From Heterodontus francisci (Eukaryota), in NCBI RefSeq assembly GCF_036365525.1, contig NC_090404.1:3844001-3908000 (forward strand): DNA of 64,000 nucleotides, given 5' to 3'. The position numbers and the translations under genes were made by a program. Under the pieces are notes generated by a model that had not been told where the DNA came from, made no database searches, and saw only the letters and a program-made list of their open reading frames with translations. Position 1 is the first letter of the stretch. Every line of letters starts with the position of its first letter. Positions 38,090-49,299 of this stretch are shown here, one piece after another.

Positions 38090-38640
38090 CTACCCTATTT
38101 AGAAAACTGTATTCAATTCTGGTTGCCGGAGCACAGGAAGAATTTATTGGCCTTGGGAGTGGTGCAACACAGATTGACTATAATGATCACGGGGCTGAAC
38201 GGGTTAAATTCAGAGGACAGGTTTCACAGACCAAACTGGCATTGCTTTGAGTATTGAAGATTAAAGAATGATCTACTTGAGATGTTTAAGACGTTTACTG
38301 TAATTGATGGAGTCGATGGAGAAGAATATTTCATCTGGTGGGAGACTCCAGAACAAGGGGGCATAACCTTTAAATTAGACCAAGGTCATTCAGGATGATA
38401 GCAGGAAAGCTAGTCACACGGTAGGTAGTGGAAATCTGGAATTCTCTCCCTCAACTCGATCTTGAAATTTGGCATCAATTGAAAGGTTCCATGTTGAGAT
38501 TGATAGATTGAAGCTATGCAAGGGTATTAAGCTTGACATATGAATAGATGGTATTAAGATACAGATCAGCCATTGTCTGACTGATGGCAGAACAGGCTCT
38601 GGGGGCTAATGGCTTCCTCTTTTTCTTCTGTTTCTATGCT
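38090..38640 (+). mobile_element. Old CR1 3' fragment
   Basis: YLENCIQFWLP..RK remnant and CR1 tail. Confidence 0.7.
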
Positions 38641-39346
38641 GCCCTCTGGTCAGATCGCCTTCTCACTTCAGAGTGACATATGAGGAGTTCTCACTCCTGA
38701 CAGATATCAGCAAACTGACTTCCATCGTTATTGAAAACTAGTCTCCACCTCAAGAAGACTCCTTGGAACTGCATTTACCCGACCTTTCTCCCCTCCTCCG
38801 ATTGGTTCCTACATATTTTTAGCATCCCAAAAATCGTGACAAGGCGTCAGAAAATTAACTTTGCTTCCTGTTGGGCCTAACATTCGGAATTTCATTTGAC
38901 ACTCGTTTTGAGCCAGTGTGAATTACATGTACAGCTCGTGGCCTTGGGTGACAGAGCCTTTGTATTCAGCGGTGATGTGATCTGGTGTAAGGATCGATAG
39001 ACGGGCGGAAATACGAACATACGAATTAGGAGCAGTAGTGTGCCACTTGACCCCATGAGCCTGCTCCGCAGGGATGTCAGGAAGCAAGTTCTTTAGTGCA
39101 GAACAAGCCGGGTAGTTGCTTCCAAGCACATTACAGGCTTCTCAGGGTCCAAGTACACAGTATATGTTGTAGGAACTCCCGTAAGTTTTTTCAGGTTGTT
39201 CTCCTTCCAATAAACCATGTTATTTAAGCAACAGCTTGAGGTTGATATCTCGAAATTGATTTATTTTCCGAGTGACAAGGAAGGCTGAATATTGGTGTTT
39301 GATTTTAAAGATGAATCTTTGTTTGACTTTCATATCTGTTTTACAG

Positions 39347-39655
39347 TTCCTTGTTCCTGCAATGATCCAGTAATTAAACTACTGCCACCATCAATAGAAC
39401 AGGTCTTACTGGAGGCGACGGTGACCTTAACCTGCGTCGTGTCTAATGCTCCTTATGGTGTCAACGTGTCCTGGACTCAAGAAAAGAAGCTTTTGAAATC
39501 AGAGATTGCGGTCCAAACCGGAGAGGATCCCGACAGCGTGATCAGCACCGTAAACATCTCGACACAAGCCTGGCTGAGTGGGGATGAGTTCGACTGTGTG
39601 GTGAGCCATCAGGATCTGCCGACGCCTCTCAGAGATTCCATCCGCAAGGAAGAAG
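39347..39655 (+). CDS. IGHM: IgM CH3 exon, open frame ([15 protein letters not shown]...LTCVV...VSW...[15 protein letters not shown]...KEE)
   Basis: 309 nt, phase 1/1, acceptor TTTTACAG, donor G|GTGAG. Confidence 0.93.
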
Positions 39656-40140
39656 GTGAGCGGTGAGATTGAAGCAATAAGTGAGAGGTTGTGCCTATTT
39701 CCGAGTTTGTACAAGGAACCATTCGTCCTATTAAGTGTTACAACGGATTACGCTGACAACCTAATTGTAATTCACTAACGAAACACTTTGAAACCAGAGG
39801 TAATGCATAGATAAATGGATGAGGGAGAAAGGAATAGAAAGAGACGAAGTAAGGTGGGAGGAGGTTCGTGAGGTGCGTAAGCAACAGCACAGACTAGTTC
39901 GGCCGTATGGCCTGTTCCTGTGCTGTAACTTCTATGTAATTTTCCAGTCTAATTCTTTAAATTCTCAGCGAGAAGGATTGCCTCCGCCTCTGCTCCAGGC
40001 TGGAACACAGGCCAGGCCCCAGAGGGGAAAATGAAAACGTTTAAAATTCAGCACAAATCCCATTTCTCTCACATCTAACTACCGGTTTCGTTGTCTCTGG
40101 AATTTTCCTGTTTATTGATATATACTTAAATTTTCTGCAG

Positions 40141-40873
40141 CTAAAGATCTGCGGGAACCGTTCGTTTCTGTCCTTCTTTCCCCGGCAGAAGATGTCTCCG
40201 CTCAGAGGTTCCTCTCCCTCACCTGCTTAGTGAGAGGTTTCTTCCCCCGAGAGATCTTCGTCCAGTGGCGCAGTGGTTAGCACCGCAGCCTCACAGCTCC
40301 AGGGACCCGGGTTCAATTCCGGGTACTGCCTGTGTGGAGTTTGCAAGTTCTCCCTGTGTCTGCGTGGGTTTTCTCCGGGTGCTCCGGTTTCCTCCCACAA
40401 GCCAAAAGACTTGCAGGTTGATAGGTAAATTGGCCATTATAAATTGTCACTAGTATAGGTAGGTGGTAGGGAAATATAGGGACAGGTGGGGATGTTTGGT
40501 AGGAATATGGGATTAGTGTAGGATTAGTATAAATGGGTGGTTGATGTTCGGCACAGACTCGGTGGGCCGAAGGGCCTGTTTCAGTGCTGTATCTCTAATC
40601 TAATCTAATCTAATCAATGACAAGTCGGTGAATCCCGGAAACTACAAGAACACCGAGGTGATGGCGGAGAACGACAACAGCTCCTTCTTCATCTACAGCC
40701 TGTTATCCATTGCAGCGGAGGAGTGGGCCAGCGGCGCTTCTTACTCCTGTGTGGTGGGACATGAAGCGATCCCCTTGAAGATCATCAACAGAACAGTTAA
40801 TAAATCCAGCGGTAAACCGAGTTTTGTGAACATTTCCCTTGCACTGATGGATACTGTTAATTCATGTCAATGA
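40141..40873 (+). pseudogene. IGHM: IgM CH4 exon plus secretory tailpiece, interrupted by a SINE
   Basis: [15 protein letters not shown]...[17 protein letters not shown] [SINE] [11 protein letters not shown]...YSCVVGHE...NKSS then [20 protein letters not shown]; internal membrane-form donor G|GTAAAC at 40811/40812. Confidence 0.93.
40263..40612 (+). mobile_element. Near full-length tRNA-derived SINE (HE1-like) inserted in CH4
   Basis: TGGCGCAGTGG A box, GGTTCAATTCC B box, CR1-type tail, (CTAAT)n end. Confidence 0.93.
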
Positions 40874-40901
40874 GAATCTCTCGAGTGCATTTCAATTCTT
40901 A

Positions 40902-40917
40902 AATAAAAAACAATAAA
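40902..40917 (+). terminator. Secretory-form polyadenylation signals
   Basis: AATAAA at 40902 and 40912, ~30 nt after the stop. Confidence 0.75.
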
Positions 40918-41959
40918 AACAATCTCTTCCAAATTCTTCCAATACACGATCATTCAATTAATTTTGCTTCCTGCACTTGCTAAGGGTAGGTCAGTTGATC
41001 TAATATAAGATATTTCCAGGTGGCGGGCCTATGTCTTATACAATCATTGCCCCTAGCTAAAATAACGCATTTAGCGACCGAGTAAAACTGATTGACCATC
41101 GGATTCAGTAGAGTGATCGTCCCGTTGGGTAAAAATCTGAAAATTGCCCATTTCTAACAAACAAACGAAGCGGATTTAAATGTCGGTGTCCCTGCTTCTC
41201 GTGTTCTCCATCCCTTCAGAATTGAGGTCAGTTTGTAGTTGCAGCATTGCACGCACTGGGAACTGAAATGAGGGCCACACTCAAATACAAACTGTGCTCA
41301 CAATTCTCAATCAGAAAGAGGGGAATGGACAATTTATTAACCTATGTAGATCCACTTCCTAAATAGAGAGGGGGAAAGGCAATTGTTAATCCACTGTAAC
41401 CCCACAACTCCAATCGAGAGAGAGAGAGCAAAGGTAATTATGGAACGACTGTAACAAACAACCCCCCACCCCCCCGCCCACACACAATTCTTCTAACAGA
41501 TAAAGGAACAAGGGCATTTGTTAACCCACTATACTTCCACCCTTCCTGCAGAGATACTGAAGGCAAATGCTCTCTATTATAGGAATTAATTGCCATCAGT
41601 ACAAATTTGGCTTCTAGCTCACTGTGCTATGGTTTTAAACGTTCCACATGGGAACCATTTTGCAAAGTATATATTTATACACCATAATATCTTTAAAATT
41701 GTCCCTGTTAATCATGTTCCCTGACAGATTACATTCTAATAGTCTAAATCCAACTGGTGATTTAATCATCCCCTAATCCTGATATGTACGAGGCCCATCA
41801 GTTTCATTGTTGCATTCATCCAGCTGATGTCACATTGCATCGCGAACAGAATACATTTCTGCACAGAATAGTGAAGAATATTCTCTATAATGCACACCGT
41901 CAGTTGCCAGACCCGGTTTTTTGTACGCTGTGAAACTTCAAACAATAGTAAAAATGTAC

Positions 41960-42790
41960 AAGCAAACGGACACAAGCACACACTCACATACACCACCACA
42001 CGCATGCACCTATTCGCACGAACAAGCCCAAACGCTGATAGCCACACACCCAAATATGAACATAAACGCACACCTAAGTACAGTCTCACGAAAGCAGAAA
42101 CTTAGATCGAAAAGCACACATTATCATACACATTAGAGCACATAGATGGACACATACAATCGCACATTAACAGACTCACACACATGTGCACACCAACACA
42201 CAGTTAAGCAGACATATTAACACATTAACACACTCACTCACAAACAGACACCAACATTAACATGGATACACAAGCATGCACATAAATACGTACATTAACA
42301 CACATGTACACATAGACACACCCTAACACACGCATTAATACATAAACGTAGACATAAACACATAAAGCACATTATCACACTCATGAGGACACAAGCAGAC
42401 AGAAACAAACACATTAACACACTTATACACATACATGGACATATAAACACACATTGGCACACAGGGAAACATAAACACATCCATCAACACAGAAACACAC
42501 ACATTAACACACAGGGATACAAACACACACATAAACAAACATTAACATTCTCATAAACACAGGTTAACAGATAAACACAACACACACAGACACACATACA
42601 CAGATACACACACACATACGGTACTTGACTACACAGATCAACACACATTGGCACATTAACATACATGGACACATACACACAGGCATCAACATATAAACAC
42701 GCACATTGACACACACGTGGGCACACAAATAAACACATTGTCACAAATATTAACACTCATACATCCACATACACATGGATACACAAACAA
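41960..42790. repeat. CA-rich low-complexity tract between secretory and TM exons
   Basis: Imperfect (CA)n with recurring CACATTAACA. Confidence 0.85.
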
Positions 42791-43420
42791 AGAGTGATGC
42801 AAAGGAAGAGATACTCGTACACATTTGTAGAAACACTTTCATGCACAAACAAAACCGCCAGGCTGTAGACGAGAGTAGAATTCAAATGCACAATTTGAAT
42901 GGACACCATCTCCAACAATTTCCCGAACGCATGCTGGACCTACACACATCACGGAGCAAAGTTCTTACAGAGAAACGGAGAAAAGTAAATGATTTGCCAA
43001 CCACTTCCATCACAAACAAACAAACAAGATTGGAACTCGTATCCGCTCTCTTACCCAGAACCACTGACAATCTCCAAATAAGTAGCCATCTGAATTTATC
43101 TTCAAAATAATTGTTATTGATCAGTAAACTCTCTTCGATATCTCTCATGATGGACCGGAATCGATCCTAAAATAAAATAGCACCTGACACCGAAGTAAAA
43201 GCTGACATATTTACAAACACGGCCTGGAGGAGGATCATAACGGAAGAACGGTTGTGAAGTTAGTAACAGAAATAGATTGCTGAGCATGACTAACTTAATA
43301 GCCACATATTGACAATTTATTTAGGGAACAAAATAATAGCTTAAGGAAGAGAAATGCGAATGCAAATTATACAGGATTACTAAACGATTAGAATATATTT
43401 CCTTCTCTACATTCTTGTAG

Positions 43421-43548
43421 ATTCATCAGACCACATCTGGATCGAAGACAATGAGGAAGAGGGCGGCAACATCTGGACAACCGCTTCCACATTCATCATC
43501 CTGTTCTTCCTGAGCATTTTCTACAGCGCTGCCGTAACTCTGGTGAAG
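43421..43548 (+). CDS. IGHM: IgM transmembrane exon TM1 (DSSDHIWIEDNEEEGGNIWTTASTFIILFFLSIFYSAAVTLVK)
   Basis: Acceptor TTCTTGTAG, conserved antigen-receptor TM motif (TF..LF.LS.FYS..VT), donor AAG|GTGAGA; not shown in the ORF track. Confidence 0.95.
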
Positions 43549-43690
43549 GTGAGAATATTCAATCCATTTACATTACAATTTGACTGACGCTTTTCAATAA
43601 ATCAAGAAAAGTGTCATAAATAAAAAAAACCGAGATGAATGTCCCAGACCACCAAATTTCTGCTTCATTTTTTAAATCTCTCTTTTACAG

Positions 43691-43699
43691 GTCAAGTGA
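43691..43699 (+). CDS. IGHM: IgM TM2 exon (VK*), giving the KVK tail
   Basis: TCTTTTACAG|GTC AAG TGA. Confidence 0.9.
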   Translation, partial: VK

Positions 43700-44118
43700 T
43701 CGACCGAATTTCGGGCGTCCTGGATTTTCCTCTTTTTTAAAAACATCTCTGCATTACGAAAAAGCTCTAAAAGCAAAATGCCTTCATTTTATGGTTCTGA
43801 ATCAGCAGCTGAAAAAATCATAAGTAATATTTCCGTTTTTCTGTTTGAAATGTGTGAGATAACCGTGGCTGTAATGTAAATGTATCTTCGACTTCCACTC
43901 TTGTCTCAATTTCATATGTATATAAGTAACTGCTCCTTATTCACAAGTGTTCCCTTTTTAATGTTGAACCCTGTTTTCTCTCTCTGGTCTGTTACAGTTT
44001 TACAGACAGCTGGCAGCTCAGATCGCACGTGTTCTGCTCTCAACGAGACGCATAGTTGTTTTATTCATTTTGGACCTTTCTAAAATTCTCCCTGTAAAAT
44101 ATTCTTTTTGAAATTGTT

Positions 44119-44138
44119 AATAAATGTTGAGTAATAAA
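44119..44138 (+). terminator. Probable membrane-form polyadenylation signals
   Basis: AATAAA at 44119 and 44133. Confidence 0.5.
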
Positions 44139-44639
44139 TGGACTAACTTGGACTTGGCTGAATTCCTTTCCCCTATGACCCTGTACATAGCTCCCTTTTC
44201 CATATTACACAGTTTCCCCCTTTCCAGACGGCTATTTTTCACCAGTCCTGTCTGGGTTGTGCTTAAACCCAAAGTCCTTTGGTGAAGGAGATGCTGTGCC
44301 ATCCAGAGTCACTTCAAGAGTAAAGACGCATTTCCTTCTGCCGTATTACGCCAATCCACACAGAAAGAATGACTACACAGTGACCAGGAGCACCTCGCTG
44401 ACTTCTCCCATCTTATGCCCTGTCACCGTCAAATGCCAGGTTATATTAAAGAGTAGCTCCATCGCAGTCTGATATATGGAATAATACTGTTCCATCAAAC
44501 ACTCCAGGACAGGTACAGCACAGGTTAGTTACAGAGTGGAGCTCGCTCCACACTGTCCCATTAAACACTCCCAGGGCAGGCACAGCAGAGGTTAAATATA
44601 TGATACATGAGAGAACAGCAACCCTGGGCATGATTGCTA

Positions 44640-44995
44640 GAGACTGGTGCATATCTGACAAAATATACCATCGAACACAAATGCTGGGAATTATTCCAAG
44701 AGCCAGGGTCTATCTGACAAGACAGGAAGGAGAATCCCGAGGAATGATCCCATAGCCTTGGGCCTATGTAATGCACCAGAGAGGACAACCCCTGATAATG
44801 ATTTCCAATGTACGAAACCTATGTGACAAACAGGGGAGTATAACTCCTGGGAATAATTTCCAAAGCCTGAAGCCGATCTGACAAAGAAGGAAGCACAATT
44901 CCTGAGTTTATTCCCAGAGCCTGGGCCTCATCTGACACAAAAGAGAGCACAAATTGTGAGAATGATTCCAGGAGGCTGACGCCTATCTGATACAG
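44640..44995. repeat. Degenerate ~58-bp tandem repeat
   Basis: Recurring GGAATTATTCCA...GCC...TCTGACAA. Confidence 0.55.
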
Positions 44996-45195
44996 CGACT
45001 CTGTTTTCACATTTTCTGTTATACACAAAACCCACATATTCCAGTTCTTCTGTCACATACGCACACACTCCACTTTTCTGCTATGTACACGCCAACTCTT
45101 TGCCTCCACCTTTTCCGCTCTACCCGTTACCCTTGCCCCTCTGTCACAGGTTTCCCGATGACCTTTCTCTATGTTCTGCTCCATTCCGTCTGATA

Positions 45196-47460
45196 GTCAT
45201 GGAGTTATACAGCACAGAAACAGGCCCTTCGGCCCATCGTGTCTGTGCCGGCCATCTAGCACCCAACTATAATAATCCCATATTCCTGCACTTGGCCCAT
45301 AGCCTTGTATGCTGTGGCGTTTCAAGTGCTCATCTAAATACTTCTTAAATGTTGTGAGAGTTCCTGCCTTCACCACCTCTTCAGACAGTGTGTTCCAGAT
45401 TCCAACCACCCGTTGGGTGAAAATATTTTTCCTTAAAACCCCCCAAACCGCCAGCCTCTTACCCTAAATCTATGCCACTTGGTTCTTGACCCCTCCGCTA
45501 AGGGAAAAAAACGTTTCTTCCTATCTAACCTGTCACTGCCCCTCATGATTTTGTACATTTCAATCATATCCCCCCTCAGCCTTCTCTGCCCCAAGGAAAA
45601 CAACCCTAGCCTTTTCAGTCCCTCTTAATAGTTGAAATGCTCCAGCCCAGGCGACATCCTGGTGAATCTCCTCTGCACGCTCTCCAGTGCAATCACATCC
45701 TTCCTATAGCGTGGTAACCAGAACTGTACACAATACTCCAGCTGTGGCCTAACTAGCATTTTATACAGCTGCATCATAACCTCTCCTGTGGCCAGAGAGG
45801 ATTTGAAAATTTGTGTCAAAGCCCCTGCTACCTCCTCCCTGGCCTCACATAACAGCCTGGGATACATCGCACCTGGGCCTGAGAATTTATCCACTATCAA
45901 GCCCGCTAAGACAGCTAATATTTCCTCCCTTTCAATGCTAATATGTTCAAGTATATCACAATCCCACTCCCTGATCTCTACACCTTCATTGCCCTTCTCC
46001 ATAGTGAACACCGATGAAAAGTAACCTATGTCTTCTGGCTCCACACAATGATTGCCACGTTGGTCCCCAATAGGACCTACTCTTTCCCTGGTTATTCTCT
46101 TACCCTTAATATGCTTATAAAATGCCTTGGGATTTTCCTTTATCTTGCCCACCAGTGTTTTTATGTCCCCTCTTCGCTCCCCTAATTACTTTTTTAAGTG
46201 CCACCCTACTCTTTCTTTACTCCTCCAGTGCCTCTGCTGTTTTTAGCGCTTGGGATCTGCCATAAGCCTCCTTTTTATCCTGATCTAATCCTCTATATCC
46301 ATTGACATCCAGGGTTACCTGGACCTGTTAGTCCTACCCTTCACCTTAACGGGTACATGTTGGCTCTGAACTCTCACAATTTCCTCTTTGAATGACTCCC
46401 ACTGATGTGATGTCGACTTTCCTACAAGTCGCTGCTCCCAGTCCACTTTGGCGAGATTCTGTTTTATCATATTGAAATGGGTCTTCCTCATATTTAGTAC
46501 CTTTCTTTTAGGTTCATCTTTGTCCTTTTCCATAACTACCTTCAATCTTACAGTTTTGGTTCCAATCCCCGAAATGCTCCCCCACTGACCAGCTTTATTC
46601 CCTCGGATTAGGTCCAGTACTGCCCCTTCTCTTGTAGAACTTTCTGCATACTGGCTCAAAAATCTCTCTTGCATGCATTTTAAGAATTCTGCCCCTTTTA
46701 CACTAAGACTAGCCCAGTTAATATAGGGGATGTTGAAATCCCCTACTATTATTAACATTTTATTTTTTTTACCTCTCTGAGATTTTACTTTATTTATTTA
46801 GATATACAGCACTGAAACAGGCCCTTCGGCCCACCGAGTCTGTGCCGACCAACAACCACCCATTTATACTAATCCTACATTAACCCTATATTCCCTACCA
46901 CATCCCCACCATTCTCCGACCACCTACCTGCACTGAGGGCAATTTACAATAGCCAATTTACCTATCAACCTGCAAGTCTTTGGCTGTGGGAGGAAACAGG
47001 AGCATCCGGAGAAAACCCACACGGTCACAGGGAGAACTTGCCAACTCCGCACAGGCAGCACCCAGAAGTGAACGCGAGTCACTGGAGCTGTGAGGCTGCG
47101 ATGCTAACCACTGCGCCACTGTGCCTACATTTCTGCTTCCCTGTCTCTTGCTGACTGTTTGGAGGCCTGTAGTACACACCCAGCCAAGTAATTGCCCCCT
47201 TTTTTGTTCTTAAGTTCTACCCAAATGGACTCATTTGAGGAACCTTCTAAGATATCATCCCTCCTTACTGCAGTCATTGACTCCTTGATCAACAGTGCAA
47301 TGCCACCTCCTCTTTTATCCCCACCCCTGTCGCGCCCAAAGATTCTGTACCCTGGAATATTGTTAACATGGTTGTTAGGGACACTGGAAGCATCCCTGAT
47401 TTCCCACATAGCACAGAAGGAGCATACCACGGCTGCGAGCTCTCCTGCCATGACTTACCT
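45196..47460 (-). mobile_element. Internally deleted CR1 LINE with nested SINE
   Basis: Minus ORFs 47125-47451, 46315-46758, 45625-46152, 45197-45409 cover ORF1 start, endonuclease and RT end with internal fusions. Confidence 0.88.
46795..47125 (-). mobile_element. HE1-like SINE nested in CR1
   Basis: Reverse complement of GGCACAGTGGCGCAGTGGTTAGCA... to the CR1-type tail. Confidence 0.88.
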
Positions 47461-48199
47461 TTAAATTAATTTAGTTACTCCCTTTAAAAAATACTAATTA
47501 CACTAGGGGTCTGAATAGATCTGCATGAACTCACTGAACATCACCTCAGGGATCCTCCCTCCTTGTTCCATTCCCTCTAATACCGTCTCGCTGAACTCAC
47601 TGATCTTCACCCAAGGGATCTTCTCTCCCTGCTCCATTCTCTCTGATACCATCTCCCTGAAAACCAGCCCAGGGATCCGCCAGTGAACTTCACACTTTCA
47701 CTCCCTGAGGCTTGTTTCCTCATTCGTCACTGTCTCATCACATTCTTTCGATGTCTGCCGGCCACGGGATCATCATCAGAGGTTTCTGTTCAGACACCAG
47801 TATCTTCCGACATTTTTCTCTAAACTCCTGACATTCAGGCACGAGATCTCCTGTGTTTCAATACCATATCAGGTTAAGGGAGGGAACAATTAACAGCCCT
47901 TCTGAAGGGTTCGGAATGATATTTGGGCATGGGTGGCGTTGATGCTTAAACTCTTTGCCTCAATCTCTCCTCCCCGCATCCCGCACCACCAACATTTATC
48001 TTTAGCCGCTCTTGCTGTGACTCTCGGTATCTCTGTCCTTTCCCCAGGCAGGGGCAGTCTCATTGGTGACGCTCCCCTTTAAGATTCAAAGACTCATCCC
48101 TTCGGGGTTACAGCTCTGGGTTCGGAATCACAGGTGCTGAGAGGAGGCTGGAGACGGTTCGTGACCCCTGATCCCGAATCAATGGGATCCTCACTGCTG

Positions 48200-48494
48200 T
48201 GACGTGGGAAAGCATTGTGACGTCAACCACTGCAAGTCAAACCGACGTCCGCCGTGTTTGTGAAATGCCACATAGTGCTAATGTCTGCCGTGTATTTAAA
48301 AGAGCAACTCGATTGAAAGGAAAATCGACTTCAGTTTCGATCAAAATGGCGGCTCGGTTTTAATCTACAAAAGTGACAGTTTGGTCCACGCGGGAAAATA
48401 AAAAGCTTTGGTTAAACGTGTTGTGGATGTGCCCATTGGCAGCCCGTTCTCTCAGAATGCAACGTGGCCCGTGCCACAGAGAGGGGAATTTCCC
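48200..48494 (+). promoter_or_regulatory. Candidate promoter/enhancer motif cluster
   Basis: TGACGTGG 48200, TGACGTCA 48218, TATTTAAA 48293, CAAAATGGCGGC 48342, GGGGAATTTCCC 48483; CpG-rich. Confidence 0.4.
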
Positions 48495-48539
48495 AGCCGC
48501 TGTGAATTGTGGGAGCCAGTGCCCCCCATTGCCCAGAGT

Positions 48540-48917
48540 CAGAGAGTTATCCAGCACAGGCACAGGCCCTTCGGCCCACCGTATCCGCGCCGGCCATCAA
48601 ACCCATCTAATCTAATCCTATTTTCCAGCACTTGGCCCGTAGCCTTGTATGCTATGGCGTTTCAAGTGCTCATCTAAATACTTCTTAAATATTGTAAGGG
48701 TTCCTGCCTCTACCACCCCTTCACGCAGTGTGTTCCAGATTCCAAGCACCCTCTGGGTGAAAAATGTTTTCCTCTAATCCCCTCTAAATCTGCCCCTTAC
48801 CTTAAATCTATGCCCACTGGTTATTGGCCCCTCCGCTAAGGGAAAAGGTTTCTTCACATCTGCCCTATCTATGCCCTTCATAATTTTGTACATTTTGTCT
48901 ATCATGTCTCCCCTCAG
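48540..48917 (-). mobile_element. CR1 3' fragment
   Basis: Closely similar to 45200-45580. Confidence 0.85.
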
Positions 48918-49299
48918 TTATTCAGTGAATATAAACACAACCTCCTTCAAGCCGGGGACTGCTCGGGTTGTTAGTCCCCATAGACTTAAAAATGAGGTGC
49001 CAACCTTGGGAAACTACAACACCGAACTACATACACGCTTTATAGTGGAAGCAGCATGCAAAAGAGAGGGCTATGCAGTCCAACAACCAACGGATCAGAT
49101 CAAAGCTCTGCAGTGTGCCACATATAGTCCTAAACGATTGTGGACAATTAAACAAATAACAGGAGAAAGAGGTTCCAAATCCATCCTCATCCGCAATGCC
49201 GTGGGAGCCCAGCACCTCAGTGCAAAAGACAAGAATGAAGGATCTGCAACCCGAGTGTACCTCACTCTCCAATCAGTATTCAGTTCCGAATACTAATAA

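Larger units (their letters stand above)
28667..43699 (+). pseudogene. IGHM: Germline-joined IgM heavy-chain cluster (L-VDJ-CH1-CH2-CH3-CH4-sec-TM1-TM2); canonical product disrupted
   Basis: All exons located with GT-AG sites; CH1 frameshift and SINE in CH4. Confidence 0.92.

Noticed and set aside
40263-40330. tRNA gene
   Set aside because: tRNA-like A/B boxes are the head of a SINE, with related copies at 10305, 31935 (3' half) and 46795
41766-42790. Cys/Val/Met-rich ORFs (also 12141-12484)
   Set aside because: Translations of CA/TG low-complexity DNA
48284-48296. TCTGCCGTGTATT identical to V framework 3 (SAVY)
   Set aside because: No Cys, no upstream V homology, no RSS; overlaps the TATA-like motif
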